From: Bodo saltans
Taxonomy: Eukaryota
Direction of reading: 5' to 3'
Length of the DNA: 59,659 bases
NCBI GenBank assembly: GCA_001460835.1
Contig: CYKH01002117.1
Coordinates: 729-60,387 of the forward strand
The notes beneath the pieces are model-generated. The model did no database searches and had not been told where the DNA came from. It saw nothing but the letters and a program-made list of their open reading frames with translations. Shown in pieces: positions 20,601 through 30,535 of the stretch; within the stretch, counting starts at the first letter, position 1; every line of letters starts with the position of its first letter. Position numbers and translations under genes: made by a program.

Positions 20601-21686
20601 CGCAACGCGTTAGTACATCCTGCCATGTTCGTTTGGTACCACACATCGTGGGACTGTTGGATTGCTTTGAGTTACGGCGGTGAATCGCGGCGGTGGAAGG
20701 TGACCAACATGGAGTTCGCCACAGGTAATCCAGACATTCTTTGGATCGATGAGAAGCCTCACATCGACGGAGCCATTACAGCTCCGCTTGTGACTGCAAT
20801 GCCAGCCCCTGACGACGTAGAACCCAGTGACGCCTTGAAGACTATTATGATCGGAACCGGCACGACACTGCTTTCTGTAAAGTTCGGTGTGGATAACCTC
20901 TTTGCTTCGGAAAGCATGGACTTTCAATTCGGTGGACTTGGTCGGGCCTATTTCCTTGACGAGGACGCCACTCTCATCTGTACCCACGTGTTATTCAACG
21001 CCGCGCTCATGTCCATGGCATATGAAGGCGGCTACATCGGGTTCGTGGACATGAGAGCGAAGGAGGATGAGAATGAAGAAAAGAGTTTTGGGCTGGTGCG
21101 CCTTCGTGACGACAGGAACCCACGTCAGTGGATGAACATCACATGCTTCGGACTCACTACATTCGACCCATACACAAGAGTTGCCGTCGGTGGATCAGAT
21201 ATGACCATTCGCCTGTTGAACATCAACCCAGAGAAGGGCCGACTGGACTTCCTAGCCATTTTCCACACCACTGCGAGCCCAAAGTCGGCGATATTCCATC
21301 AGCACGGCCTTGTGTGCGGAGACACGCTGGGCAACGTCTATGCGTTGACAACTCACCAATCTGCTCTTGATGAGGCGGAAGAAGCCTCAACCGAAGTGGG
21401 GGAATCAACGGAGGTGACAGATCTGGACACTGCATCGTTGGGCAGTGAAACAGAAAGCACGACGACTTCACGGGGCGACTCTTCTGTTATTGACATGTTC
21501 GCGGAGCTAGGTACCAGAATGCCGGCTGGTTGTAAGGGAAAGGACCGAGCTGCATGGCTCAAGCGGCAACAGGAGCTGCTAAGAGCAGCCACAAAGCTCC
21601 AACGAACAGTTCCTGCAGCTCGTGTTGCCCTCCGTCGTCACGCTCAAGTGGCCTTCACCGCATTTGAAGCATTTTCTCTGCTTTAA
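14664..21686 (+). CDS. TEP1: TEP1-like protein (telomerase/vault-associated protein 1 family): TROVE module, DUF4062, NACHT NTPase, C-terminal WD40 array
   Basis: 2,340-aa uninterrupted ATG ORF. N-terminal region (about 14840-16160) is TROVE/Ro60-like. DUF4062-like YRVLRCFISSTFTDMHCERQALMSDVFPALRSWISKNGWKIHVTPIDFRWG (about 16730-16950). Walker A LLVHAEEGAGKSSFLAHIV (about 17826-17843). At least 8 WD40-like repeats from about 19340 to 21330 (VTGANDGMIRVWSL, LSASDDTTLCLWRL, ATGSWDGGVAV, ITGSLDSTVRHWTF and others). Confidence 0.8.
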   Translation: MFGNASQLISAKEELIRLLSGALIKEPSFDSKDQHSWATHDDADSDASTVVSDLVEIKEAPTAGMMRLGALVSEGDGEFLLKLAVYLRQDLGIRGSANFLTSIAAYQPNCQPYLSTYLPRIIGLPTDWLQIASFARDSPLRTQCGLPTSLRNALTSSFKNFNEFSLAKYNTESAQKKRKKDRIAKGEDPDDIIMPYTLKQMVRLLHISEPRYEVMCLLGKNYPASPQEFSALGLETPQRVFDPTRINRRMRLAVPTTWETELAAKGNHAHVWDGLVKERKLPFMAMLRNLRNVILAGCARSTHDDLIGKLRSEDQIANSKQFPYRFFSAFDVLSIDPATAYDAPQVKREGAPTKAKPKPATAPTTEELTVLLQEYRDALQESVRLATKLNIRPIHGKSVVLLQGSLEMLDQVRAQGAKGIGSVRSKLDVAMLLAIMLQYACESCDFVLFIEGPRGEPSYHLLPPLDRNLGMLEALTATKERVEALIHAVEDDFEHKYLNFPFSYLDKVIHSQERIESVLLVSNGHVSYEHDNLYPALGSLKDYLQRLRVASNPDLLFVSLSIDGNADMGIDRVFNQPNDVLLTGFSDSILRFIAERSGGGPRQYIEHIHEVYNIDTSQVTGRAPPPTRAVGGKERRLEEPTDSTSSDDSDSDSCSDDDDVSEPRTTAKTVVAIIPPPQRHAVASYRVLRCFISSTFTDMHCERQALMSDVFPALRSWISKNGWKIHVTPIDFRWGILAEAGSGPLPTAASMCLAEVSRCSPFILGILGNRYGSVNTLKRQSLIPNDSDIDAEDFDWLAQFPGEGIGLSVTELELRHALQCTKRLKSANSSPKVVVLKRTIKGALPPKLVSSFADTSKDAQERSRKLLEYLQADTIGASVTSYCAAVSTQPNATEEDVLDMESFARVAIAQLKEQVLSAWPSLAQRDADSDLEEDDAAIVRDDDKEIVILKRRDSDTASSSTDDEDGTSSAFSCPSTVAGDMLQSTTAIDGAEDQTFFSLTLEAPYVPQKEAVRAAQRFLQREAVGASAVVEDDDVSAIGHGPAGAPVLLVHAEEGAGKSSFLAHIVGEVKARNAKGSKSPVATVAFSFQAAASSPIDCLRFIAASIIVQFDLSDTFTVPNNGDGDKDALSKLLPELYSACEKKLRTIKGMLLITIDGIDTIPSEIALGSLSLMVLPNAPPSLLFILSTYASSPVTIALKGRPQPTAFIKLPLLSLNERVQVVQRHLGTLSKTLQDSVTKGSMVRVLCRKTDAGLSSYLMLSLTYLALFSKFDTLKQDIRRLPGTLVQLQTDVLRRCEGLFTADATTSLFTTLALSQSIGGVTEEVLLTTSANGSEASHVARLLAFLKYHSMLSTGGNNLLSFTSDTLVKAARKRYLAKTAEVHRHHTRLLSQLLKGRKPQPSTSGGFPATSSKNVQGDAAADFGVDPEILRRLPVHSTLAVLHHSLECKRWGVVSQIGSSIDCIVTMVEAGLLPQLLVSIERLQVLHRPTHRKLQVFSEFLLAHRHILARRPSLAAQLALNMPTSSPVYKAAKGSRLDDDRTWVEWHNRHVHGERECTMTSQWTTQKVLCAAFSADGTRLAIGGADWVCRVGLILEGTIQHELKHTSDITAVAFAGTTDMTLVTGANDGMIRVWSLHDGAMLQEGKQHGRRVNDVAMFGKELNMCLSASDDTTLCLWRLHVGGAAGGAAARPRPLKTFRHHKAPVSCCAVHQSGQRMATGSWDGGVAVTKTNADKDNDGPQWLRLSCAIRCVAFVPSMVVTVAVGTFTGAVHLYDAAGEVLSASFHNHSHPISALHISHDAKYMLSTDASGRIKLWRQSVTGEIVGSLNGHDTNVPAARFHPKDSNQCITGSLDSTVRHWTFKEQGIEYPVGGVHDSAVTAMAAASNGAYVVTACRGGVAHVFASDQLAASAPWFSIAPHRHFESTSDDEELVRPTPLCYVTTCKDDTLIVLGDVFGTLSAWGSTPGLSGKDAPLRFLIRNALVHPAMFVWYHTSWDCWIALSYGGESRRWKVTNMEFATGNPDILWIDEKPHIDGAITAPLVTAMPAPDDVEPSDALKTIMIGTGTTLLSVKFGVDNLFASESMDFQFGGLGRAYFLDEDATLICTHVLFNAALMSMAYEGGYIGFVDMRAKEDENEEKSFGLVRLRDDRNPRQWMNITCFGLTTFDPYTRVAVGGSDMTIRLLNINPEKGRLDFLAIFHTTASPKSAIFHQHGLVCGDTLGNVYALTTHQSALDEAEEASTEVGESTEVTDLDTASLGSETESTTTSRGDSSVIDMFAELGTRMPAGCKGKDRAAWLKRQQELLRAATKLQRTVPAARVALRRHAQVAFTAFEAFSLL

Positions 21687-21933
21687 CGTCACCCACATTT
21701 GAAATCGAACATCAAACATCTGAGAAAAAAAATCACACAACAAAATCCGACTCAATTTTATCGCACGCAGAACGAACCTATTCGCACGGAACATAGTTTC
21801 TTGCTGTGGTCGACAAACTGTCAGCTCTTGGCACGGATCAACACCCTTCATTTTTTATTTTTTGTGTAATGATAGAAAGAGCACAAAGAGCAAGATTTTC
21901 TCTGTTGTGGTGAGTATCAAAATCAATCCGTAG

Positions 21934-22653
21934 ATGTACAATCCATATAGCCAAAGCGGGGCCAGCCTCGTTCTCCGCGAGCGTGTGAGAGGCAGCACGT
22001 CCAACGGCACGGCCGAGGTATCTGCAGTTTTTGCAGAGGCCGCACGCGCAGAAGAGGATGCCCAGGGCATCACCGTGACCGCTGCTTTAGCACGCATTTT
22101 TCCCGAGACCGAAGCAGGGACCGATGCTGAGGGATTTTCGATGGTAGATGCTGCATCGACTGTCTTCACGGATCGCATGTCCGTCATTCACTTGCAGGAT
22201 CAAATTGACAAACGCTGCACTGCACAAGAGGCTCGACCCTTCGGTGTGGACCCCATTCGTGAGGGAATCTATGCTGACGGCTTGGCCGAACTGATTCGTC
22301 AAGTGACGGTGTTGTGCCCTGAGCGAGGACTGCTCCTTAATGACCTTAGAGAAGAAATGCAGGAGACAAATAGTACATACGACCTCTTGTTTGAGAGCGC
22401 TTGCCAGTACGCCACACGAAAGGGTATCGAGCGTGACGTGAAGCGAACGATGCAGAAGCAGCTGCAGGAGCTGACGGTCGAGGTGCGTACATTAGAAAAT
22501 AGAGTTCATGAGCTCCATGCAAAATACGAGGGTATCGACAAGCGATTCAACGAACAACGCGCCGGTGAAGAAAAGGTTCATCAGGAAGAGGTGACGTTCT
22601 TGAAGAAGGGTAACTTGCAGCTCACCACCGAGATCAAGCGACTCACCATGTAG
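21934..22653 (+). CDS. DNALI1: Axonemal inner-arm dynein light chain p28 (DNALI1 family)
   Basis: 239 aa. The block LAELIRQVTVLCPERGLLLNDLREEMQ matches the p28/DNALI1 signature (ELIRQVTI.C.ERGLLL). C-terminal coiled coil (LQELTVEVRTLENRVHELHAKYEGIDKRFNEQRAGEEK). Confidence 0.6.
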   Translation: MYNPYSQSGASLVLRERVRGSTSNGTAEVSAVFAEAARAEEDAQGITVTAALARIFPETEAGTDAEGFSMVDAASTVFTDRMSVIHLQDQIDKRCTAQEARPFGVDPIREGIYADGLAELIRQVTVLCPERGLLLNDLREEMQETNSTYDLLFESACQYATRKGIERDVKRTMQKQLQELTVEVRTLENRVHELHAKYEGIDKRFNEQRAGEEKVHQEEVTFLKKGNLQLTTEIKRLTM

Positions 22654-22835
22654 TGTTTCATTATCCAAGAGAAAAGAAAACATCTTTTTTTTGTGTCAAT
22701 GTTTGAAAATCAACAAAACCCCCCTCAAAAGCAAAAGATGAACGCACCACTTGTTATGGTATGCAATAGTTAATGTTCTTTGTTTGTTTCTTCGTTACAA
22801 TAAGGTGAGGAAGGGGCGGTTACCGGAACTTCAGG

Positions 22836-25607
22836 ATGAAATTCGCAAGAAGCCATCATTCTCGTGGTCCGCTTCCACACCACCCACCAGTCATTGAAGA
22901 TATGTCATCATGGGACAATCCAACGAGAGGGCAGTCGCCCGTAACAATGGGCACTGGCTCCTCGAATTCACCGAGGAAACCACACGAGCCACTCAACGTT
23001 CCGCTGCATGAAAAACTGAGACGAGACGCGACGCACCCTGTCGGGGCAATGGAGGAGTACATGAGCACGTTGCTCGATAGGAGAGATTACATGTTTGCAC
23101 ACCAAGCCCTCGGCAGCTCCTTACTTGAGCTGGAAGTGAGCATCGCGAAAGGCTGTTTAGAGTTGGTCCACACAAATGCAGAGTGTGCCATGAAGTTGCT
23201 TCGTAGCGGGGACTGGAAAGGTGCTGCGAAGCTCTTGTCTCAGGCAAGATCGCTACTCGCGCACACTGGGTCCCCAGAGTGTGTAGAACATGAAAAGAAC
23301 GAGGAGCGGTTTGTTGCACACATGCTTGCTGAGGATTATTCATCAGGTAATGATGAAGATCAAGAGGGAAGTAGGACGATGCGCGATCAAACGTCTAGCT
23401 CCAATTTGCGACGCCTCCAGTCAAAGAAGTACATCATACCGTCAACAACCACGAATAATACAAATACCAATCCATCCTCTTCCTCCGCGGTCAAAGCCAC
23501 CACGGGTGTGGATGTATCGGCTCTGTTTCAGGCAGCAACTCTTCATCGTCGATTCGAATACTTTTACGGCTCCTCATCAGATGATCCATACGGGCTTGGG
23601 AGGATGCTGCGCATGCACCCAGAGAAGCTGCGACATTTGTTCCAATCAACTCTTACGTTTGTGGATTCATGCAATCGTGCATATGAGTCTCGCGTTGCTT
23701 CCGGCGCGTTCTTACTGGGCCGAACCCAAGTAGAACGTGAGTTGCTGCCACCTGGCCTTCAGGCGGCAAGTAGTGCTCGGCACTACCCTCGACCACCGGC
23801 AATCCACGATAGGAAGCGAGAAGAGAACATACTGATAGCGGCAACACCCCCTCGTCCACCAAGAAGTGGAGCAGCACCTTCAACAGGTGGAACTCCTTCT
23901 ACGCCGGCTGTTGCTGGAGGAGGAGAAGAGGGAGAGGACATTTCTGCAATTCAGAATGTTCCACGGTTGTACTTCCCACGGCACCGAGTCAAAGCACCAA
24001 CGACATGTATCGTTACCACTATCGGCCCCGAGGAGTGTTTATTTGGCCATGGGGCTCGGGAAGCGGTTGTGGTTGCGCCACAAGGCCGCCGTCTCCGTAC
24101 CACTGAGGCGGAGGCTGATAGTGAGCTCGATGAGGGCGGCGCAATCAAAGCATTGGATGGCTTTCTATCACCAACAAACTCAGCCGCATCAGCCCAGCGT
24201 CACAGGCGCTCACCCCCGTCCTCAAAGAAATCATCTCCATCAAAGAAGGCCTCCTCAACGAAGAAACAGCGCGGTAATGAGAAAGGTGCGAACAAGGTAT
24301 CGTCGCCACAGTTAGAATCACCAAGGACAGCGGAGACTGCCGCTCCAAACTACTCACTCTCCTCTCCCCCGTCGCTTGGTGTTAGTTTTAATCACCCTTT
24401 GCCAACAGCTGACGAAGGCGCGCCGCTTCCCAAGCATGAGGCATCAACAGGTACTTGGCCATCCCGCAGTCCTACAGCGACAGCGTCACGCGTATCTTCC
24501 TCGTCAATGTCCCCTTCTCCCATTGCGCCAGCAGCCAAGCAGCGACCTACCAAACCGTCGTCAAAAAAGTCATCATCGAAGCGAGGTAGAAAGTCTTCAT
24601 CGATGGTCTCCCAACACAGCGAGGAAAGCGGAGACTTCCCAGTCTTCCTTGGAACAATGGCAACACTGGAGGCTCCAGGTGCCAAAGGGCGGCGCAGTAA
24701 AATGCCGCCACGGCGACGCGGCATACAGAAGCGCAAGTCTATTTTACTGTCACCAAATCTTACGGAGCGTGAAAAGCGACGTATTTTACTGCAAACAACC
24801 ATCCGCATCCAGCGTTGGTACCGTCGGATCATGTGGTGGGTGACGTCCAGAGATCGCCTTGTGTCCCTACGCTTCGATCGAGTTCGAGCTCGTCGTTTGT
24901 TGATACGCTGCTACTGCGGCTTTGTCGCTCGTCACCACCTGACTACTTCGTTCGCTCGTGATCGTGCTATTTTGCGCGTGCAATATGCGTTCCGATGCTG
25001 GAAGGCGCGCAAAGAGCGCTCGATACGCGCCTCACTTCGCGACCGCGACATTCGTCAGCGGGAGCGTAGTGAAGGTCTGCTTGGTCGTGTCGTGCACATG
25101 ATGAGCGACAATTTCGAAGCGAAGACTTCCATTTTCCAACGAATTCAAGCTCGTGATGAACACCTGGAAGCAAGGATCGCACGGGAGGCGAACGATGTGG
25201 AGGATATTCTCGCAGCAGAGGAGTTTGCTCACTACGCCGCTCACGTACGCATCAAGCGCATGACGAATGCGATGTTGTCGCACATTGCTGCGGTGGATCC
25301 AAATTTATACCGCGCGCCAAGTCCCAGGACTCAAGAGGCAGAGCGAGACAGGAGAGCTCGCATTGCATCCATACAGCACGAAGATGAAGAGGCGATGGCT
25401 GTGGAGCGTGTGTGGGCACAGTGTATTATTGCGAAGTACTTCAGACGGTTCCAGCAACGCGCGGAGGTCCAACGTCGCAAGACAGAAGAGGTGTTTCGGC
25501 TCCACCTGTCGTGCTTAGGCGCGGTGAAAAGCGAGATGATCACGGAGCTGCAGCTTGAGCAGGGTCGCCATGCAGACACTCTTTTCACGGTAATGCGAGG
25601 CCGTTGA
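22836..25607 (+). CDS. IQ-motif-containing protein (923 aa), low-complexity Ser/Pro/Lys-rich centre
   Basis: C-terminal third carries several IQ-like calmodulin-binding motifs: IRIQRWYRRIMWWV, IRCYCGFVARHHL, LRVQYAFRCWKARKER, AQCIIAKYFRRFQQRAEVQRRK (about nt 24770-25470). ATG start after a pyrimidine tract. Confidence 0.6.
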   Translation: MKFARSHHSRGPLPHHPPVIEDMSSWDNPTRGQSPVTMGTGSSNSPRKPHEPLNVPLHEKLRRDATHPVGAMEEYMSTLLDRRDYMFAHQALGSSLLELEVSIAKGCLELVHTNAECAMKLLRSGDWKGAAKLLSQARSLLAHTGSPECVEHEKNEERFVAHMLAEDYSSGNDEDQEGSRTMRDQTSSSNLRRLQSKKYIIPSTTTNNTNTNPSSSSAVKATTGVDVSALFQAATLHRRFEYFYGSSSDDPYGLGRMLRMHPEKLRHLFQSTLTFVDSCNRAYESRVASGAFLLGRTQVERELLPPGLQAASSARHYPRPPAIHDRKREENILIAATPPRPPRSGAAPSTGGTPSTPAVAGGGEEGEDISAIQNVPRLYFPRHRVKAPTTCIVTTIGPEECLFGHGAREAVVVAPQGRRLRTTEAEADSELDEGGAIKALDGFLSPTNSAASAQRHRRSPPSSKKSSPSKKASSTKKQRGNEKGANKVSSPQLESPRTAETAAPNYSLSSPPSLGVSFNHPLPTADEGAPLPKHEASTGTWPSRSPTATASRVSSSSMSPSPIAPAAKQRPTKPSSKKSSSKRGRKSSSMVSQHSEESGDFPVFLGTMATLEAPGAKGRRSKMPPRRRGIQKRKSILLSPNLTEREKRRILLQTTIRIQRWYRRIMWWVTSRDRLVSLRFDRVRARRLLIRCYCGFVARHHLTTSFARDRAILRVQYAFRCWKARKERSIRASLRDRDIRQRERSEGLLGRVVHMMSDNFEAKTSIFQRIQARDEHLEARIAREANDVEDILAAEEFAHYAAHVRIKRMTNAMLSHIAAVDPNLYRAPSPRTQEAERDRRARIASIQHEDEEAMAVERVWAQCIIAKYFRRFQQRAEVQRRKTEEVFRLHLSCLGAVKSEMITELQLEQGRHADTLFTVMRGR

Positions 25608-25789
25608 TGATACATCGAGAAAGCACCCATCCGCTTTTGTACAATAAACCGTGCAACTGTGTACCATAGTGACAACCCTCCTGAGGCTTTTTTTTTTTTT
25701 GCCTTTGACAGCTACAATTTGTTGAATGTTGCTTCGTTTCGTTCACCATTTCTTTTGAAGTTTTTTGTGAGAAGCCACAACCGTCGGCA

Positions 25790-26887
25790 ATGGCACACAT
25801 TTTCGATGAAATCGTGAATGGCGGATACTTTGTTGGATTTGGTGGCCTCACCCCAGAGCAAGAGGCGTGCAAACAGTTCACAGCCGATAATTTGCCAGCA
25901 CTCCTTCACATTCGGCAACGCGAGAAGTATGTGAAGGAGATTCGAGTCTGCTGCTGTGGGTACGGAGAAGCGGATGAAGATGAGCCTCTTGAGGACAACA
26001 ACTTCTCTCAGTTTCAGTTCTATCTGCCCTACACGAATGATTTGATCTTCTTCCACGATAAATTCGACTTCTTGATCAAGTGCGTGGCCCATGGAGTGTG
26101 TAAAGTTGAGACTGGATTCGAGGAGCGTTACAGCGAGGCCATTCTACAAGTCCTCACATTTCGCGACACCACCGTCCCAGAGTCACCACTTTACGTTCTC
26201 GATCTGCGTCAGGAGTTGACACCCCGCACTATCGGTGAAGTGCCTCGAACGTATGAACAGAATCAAGAGCTGATCGAAAGCTATGTACAGAAGCGTAACA
26301 CCTACGCAGATACACTGCGCCACGAGCTAGAACAACTTGAAGCTGAGCAGTACGAAGCTGAGAAGCTGCGAGGAGAGCACAAGTCAGTCATGGGGTGGTC
26401 CAACCCAAACACTCCCCGCGGTGACGGTGCTGGAGTGCATCAAGCAGCGGCTCCCAGCTCAACTAGTGATGCTCAGGACGATGCCTCCATCACTAGGATC
26501 AAAAGTGCCATTGAGCTCGCAAGAGAAGAAGCGAAGCAAGCAGATGATCGCCAAGAGGAGGCCAGACGACAGCGAGAAGAAAAGGACCAAGCGCTGATTG
26601 CATCGTACGTTCAAAATGGCGGAGACAGTGCACCGTCGCCACCACCAGCAGGAATGCCTATGGTGAACATGCTCCTTCACATTCAACAGGAGCAAATCCG
26701 TCAAGAGCAGCTATCGAAAATCCAAGAAGAGGAAGAAACCATCAAGAGACTGGTCCAACAAGAAGAGCGGATGCGAAGTGAGAATGGCGATAAAGGTACG
26801 CACAACGACGTCACGGATTCATCCGATCACATCGCAAGTCCCAATCATGTAGATGCGGTGGAGGGGGAGGAGGTGGTGGCATTGTAG
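25790..26887 (+). CDS. Hypothetical protein (365 aa) with a C-terminal acidic coiled-coil region
   Basis: ATG ORF following ttttttttttttgcctttgacag. The conserved-looking N-terminal half reads MAHIFDEIVNGGYFVGFGG... The coiled coil reads ELEQLEAEQYEAEKLRGEH...EEARRQREEKDQA. No catalytic motif recognised. Confidence 0.5.
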   Translation: MAHIFDEIVNGGYFVGFGGLTPEQEACKQFTADNLPALLHIRQREKYVKEIRVCCCGYGEADEDEPLEDNNFSQFQFYLPYTNDLIFFHDKFDFLIKCVAHGVCKVETGFEERYSEAILQVLTFRDTTVPESPLYVLDLRQELTPRTIGEVPRTYEQNQELIESYVQKRNTYADTLRHELEQLEAEQYEAEKLRGEHKSVMGWSNPNTPRGDGAGVHQAAAPSSTSDAQDDASITRIKSAIELAREEAKQADDRQEEARRQREEKDQALIASYVQNGGDSAPSPPPAGMPMVNMLLHIQQEQIRQEQLSKIQEEEETIKRLVQQEERMRSENGDKGTHNDVTDSSDHIASPNHVDAVEGEEVVAL

Positions 26888-27073
26888 GTGCTGTGTTTCA
26901 ATGCCATTTGGATTGCATTTCAGCCCACTCTCGTGACACTCTCACTCACGTTTGTAGAATCACACGAAGTAAACGAAGACAATAAATTGCTGAATATTTC
27001 CAATCTCTTTACAAGTAGAATTAAACCCTCTCACACATCGTTGTCATTTGATCAATGTTAAGTGTTTCACGGT

Positions 27074-29919
27074 ATGGCATCTGCCGGTGACTTTGTGTCT
27101 CCGCAACCGCGTAGGCCAGCGTCTGGGTCGACACCTCGCCCAGTTCCATCGTATGCGCAACCGAAGCACTTAAACCGAAGACAGCCGCCAATTCTAGAGC
27201 AAGTCAGAAATTTTGTAGAAGAGTTTGGGAGCAAACCAGGTGGTGCCGGCGACGATCGACTGTGCACGTCGTCGTACTACACTGGTCAACTGATGACAGC
27301 GGCATCCATGGCAAACGGTATTCCGAGCAGTGGAGATCTTACCACTCGAATGATCAAACAGCAACGAGAGCAAGCAAGACTGCTAGCAAATTTGTCGAAC
27401 CCAAAGAGCACAAAGAATGGGAACAATCAAAGCGGCGTCGCGAAGAACGTGAGGCAGCTGCGGGAGCGCATGCATCGCGCAACTCAGGGCCTACCCACCA
27501 CCCCACTGCCATCAAAGTTGTTGCAGGCGTTTGGTGCTCGAGACCCCTCTGTGGAACCTGACAGTGTTGAAGACAACGCATTGTCGTGGCTAGGTTTGAG
27601 GAAGATGAAGAAATGTGGCTTATGTGATGTGATGTTTCCTGTTGTCACGCTCGTGACGTCGGTGAGTGTGAAGGCACTGGTGCATTTACGGAAAGATTGG
27701 TCGGATCGGCGCGGGACAGGCACAAGTGGTGCGTCTGCAGTGGGCAGACAGAGCGACGACGATGACGAAGTGAGCCCATCCACGCTACACGGCGGTATTC
27801 GAGCAGCAGCAGAGTCAAAGTCACGAGTTCCTGCTCACGCGTACAACGAAACACGAGTCTGTCGATTTTGTGCGCAATTCTTTGGTGTCTTCCTTGGTGA
27901 ACGCTTCGAAGAAGACGACCCTGTTGCTCCCCAGTCACATCATCGCGTTGAGGGACGCGGTCACACGAATCGGGCATCCACAATGCGTCAGCCACATGCG
28001 ATCGAGTCCTCCTCGTCAAGCAGCGAGTCATCGACGTCTGACGACGAGGTCGACGACGGCGACGGCGGAAATAAGCAGAAAACGAGCAACCGACCACAGC
28101 GGACTACGTCGTCCAGCAACAGCTCGATTGCAAGTTCTGTGTCGTCGCGATCAACTACCCCGCGGTCCCAAAGGAGCACAAGCAGGAGCAGCCGGGACTC
28201 ACGATCACCGCCCACCAAGAGACAGAACCCCAACGAAGGCCCGAAGTCCATCGCTAGATTGAAGTCCATTAAGGCCCTCGAGAAGCCAGTCCGAGAGGTT
28301 ATGGCGACGCGCTCATCGTTGCTGCGGCGAACACACCACCATTATGTGAAGCAAGAACTGGATCTGATGGCTCGGGAAGATTCTCGTGATATTGCGGTAG
28401 TGCAGAAGCGCTCCAAGGCGGCAACAAAGGCTGCTGATCTCGCATTGCGACCCCACCCCGTCTGTCAAGAGTTTGTCCTTGGCCCAACTAGCTCTGATGA
28501 AGAAGTGACCACACGACCCCCACGACCAACGAGCTCAGCATCATCCCACCGACTCCACCCATCGACACGACAGACAACGCCACCTCCAGCGGATCGACAC
28601 GAGTCCACCATGAACACAGAGTCTTCCACCTTTACACCGCTCAGTGATCGACCAGCATATGACGGCCAAATATTTCACGATGAGGACGGCTCAACGCTGG
28701 ACGAGGGAGATGTCGAACAGCAAGCAGCCGCTTTGTTTGCTACCACTACAAGCACTAACACCACCGGAGGACGCACCATCATCATAGATGATGCCCAATG
28801 GGCTTCGGGACAAGTTCACGTTTTGGTCATGTGCTGCAACTCATATCCCAATCGCCTTGCTATGCCAGCTGCCATGCCGCATCTCGCCACAAGAGTTGCT
28901 CACTGGAGCAGCCAAGTGTTTTACAACCCGGATGCCGCTGGTGACAATGTTCGAATCCTTCAGAACGACGACGTCACTCCTCGTGCTGTTGGTGCGTTCT
29001 TGCAGGATTGTGCCGCGGCCCGAGCAGCCCCACTAATGTTATTCTTCGGCCTCGTTGAACACGCTGAGGGTCGCTTTGGGGATGCGATATTACAAACGAC
29101 AGCCCCAAACGATTCTTCGTCTGCGAAGGTTGGTCCATCTGCATGGCCGGAGCACTGTCGACAGTGGCTGAACTCGGCCCCTCCGTCTTCTCAGTCGAAG
29201 TCCTCCAAGCGACGCACAACGAGTACGCCGCCTATTCAGCCTCGCCACGCATCGTGCAGTGTGAACCCACTCGAACCAAGCACCACGTCATCAGTAGTAC
29301 CTACAACCCCAGCAATGCATGGCGGCAGTGCTGCCCCTATCGGTGTGTCTGTCCTTGATATCGACGGCGTCTGTGAGGGGCTCAAGCTCCCCCGCCCAAC
29401 TCTAGTGATTGACTGCTGCTTTGGGCCTTTGGTGGTGTCCACGAAGTCGATGCTGGTCATCCACCCCACAAGGCCCACCCCTGCTATTGCAGTTGGGCCA
29501 CGCGGTGCAACCTCGAATGCAGCGATTGCGTCGGGGCAGGTAGTGGACGCACTCACATCTTTTGTCGAAAGATCTATCCGCCAGCGTCAGCATCAAATTC
29601 GACGCATTCCAGGCATGTCGTCGGCAGTCGAGGTACCATCCGTTTCCCCATTTAGCTGCACATGGGCGCACATCACGACGAAACTGTTCAATGACGCCCA
29701 AGTTGGTGTGGTGGCGCAGGAGATGTTTCATCGGCACATCAAAGATGACACAGAGATGCGCCCTTTTGTGATCACAGCACCATTGCTTCCGAATGATAAA
29801 GGAGAGCAACCACACTTGCTCGCAGTACCTTGGTCGAACATTAAATTCGGAGATGCTCCTTCGACGCTCCAATTGCCCTCTAACCATTCTGTTGTCGGAA
29901 CGGCTCCTTCCAGCGATAC

Positions 29920-29951
<32 letters not shown>

Positions 29952-30535
29952 TGAGTAGCAGTGGCCCATTGTGGTTTCCGTCGGAGTCCACATTGGTAGA
30001 GCTCCACCGAGATCTATCTCAGTCACAACAGGCGGCTGCTAGCAGTAGTGGTGCAACCACCAGGACTCAGCAGCAGCAGTCGATTTGGGCGACGGTGTCC
30101 ATGAATGACGACCTCCTTCAATCAGTCGCGTCACGAGTGTCACAAACATTCTGCCTTCGACTGCACCCAAGGATGCACAACACACAGCGAATGGCCGCCA
30201 CTGGAAGCCAACGCTGCCTTGCGGATGCCCTTCGTGTCGTTCTGCAGCGTGAGGTCAGCACTCAGAGCCTCATTGACAACATCAACTTTAACATCAGCGT
30301 TGTCCTCAGTGGCCACGTAGCAGTGTTTCTGTCATCCGAAGATCAAGGAAGTGTGCAACAAGCCGCTGCCGTTGTCACGAAGCACTTAGCCGCGTTACAG
30401 AATGCCGGGTTTCACGTGGTTGACTATGGCTTTGTCGTGGCTCGATCCAACGACTCTCCATTCTCGCTTGCGTCGCTTACTGACAATATCTCAGCATCGT
30501 CATCCATTGTCGTCCTTGACGTCCATGTCGCGTAA
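27074..30535 (+). CDS. Large hypothetical protein (~1153 aa) with Ser-rich tracts and a poly-Gln run
   Basis: The track ORF starts at GTG 27062; the first ATG is 27074. Contains the Ser tract SSSSSESSTSDDE...SSSNSSIASSVSSRSTTPRSQRSTSRSSRDSRS and Q11 encoded by (CAG)10 at 29921-29950. Confidence 0.6.
29921..29950 (+). repeat. (CAG)10 trinucleotide microsatellite inside a CDS, encoding poly-Gln
   Basis: cagcagcagcagcagcagcagcagcagcag read directly. On the opposite strand it produces the poly-Cys artefact ORF 29728-29991. Confidence 0.95.

Noticed and set aside
29951-29956. GTGAGT, a perfect 5' splice-donor consensus, right after the CAG repeat
   Set aside because: The reading frame continues uninterrupted through it and the downstream protein sequence is continuous. 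There is no branch-point or acceptor pattern. Genes in this window show no introns.
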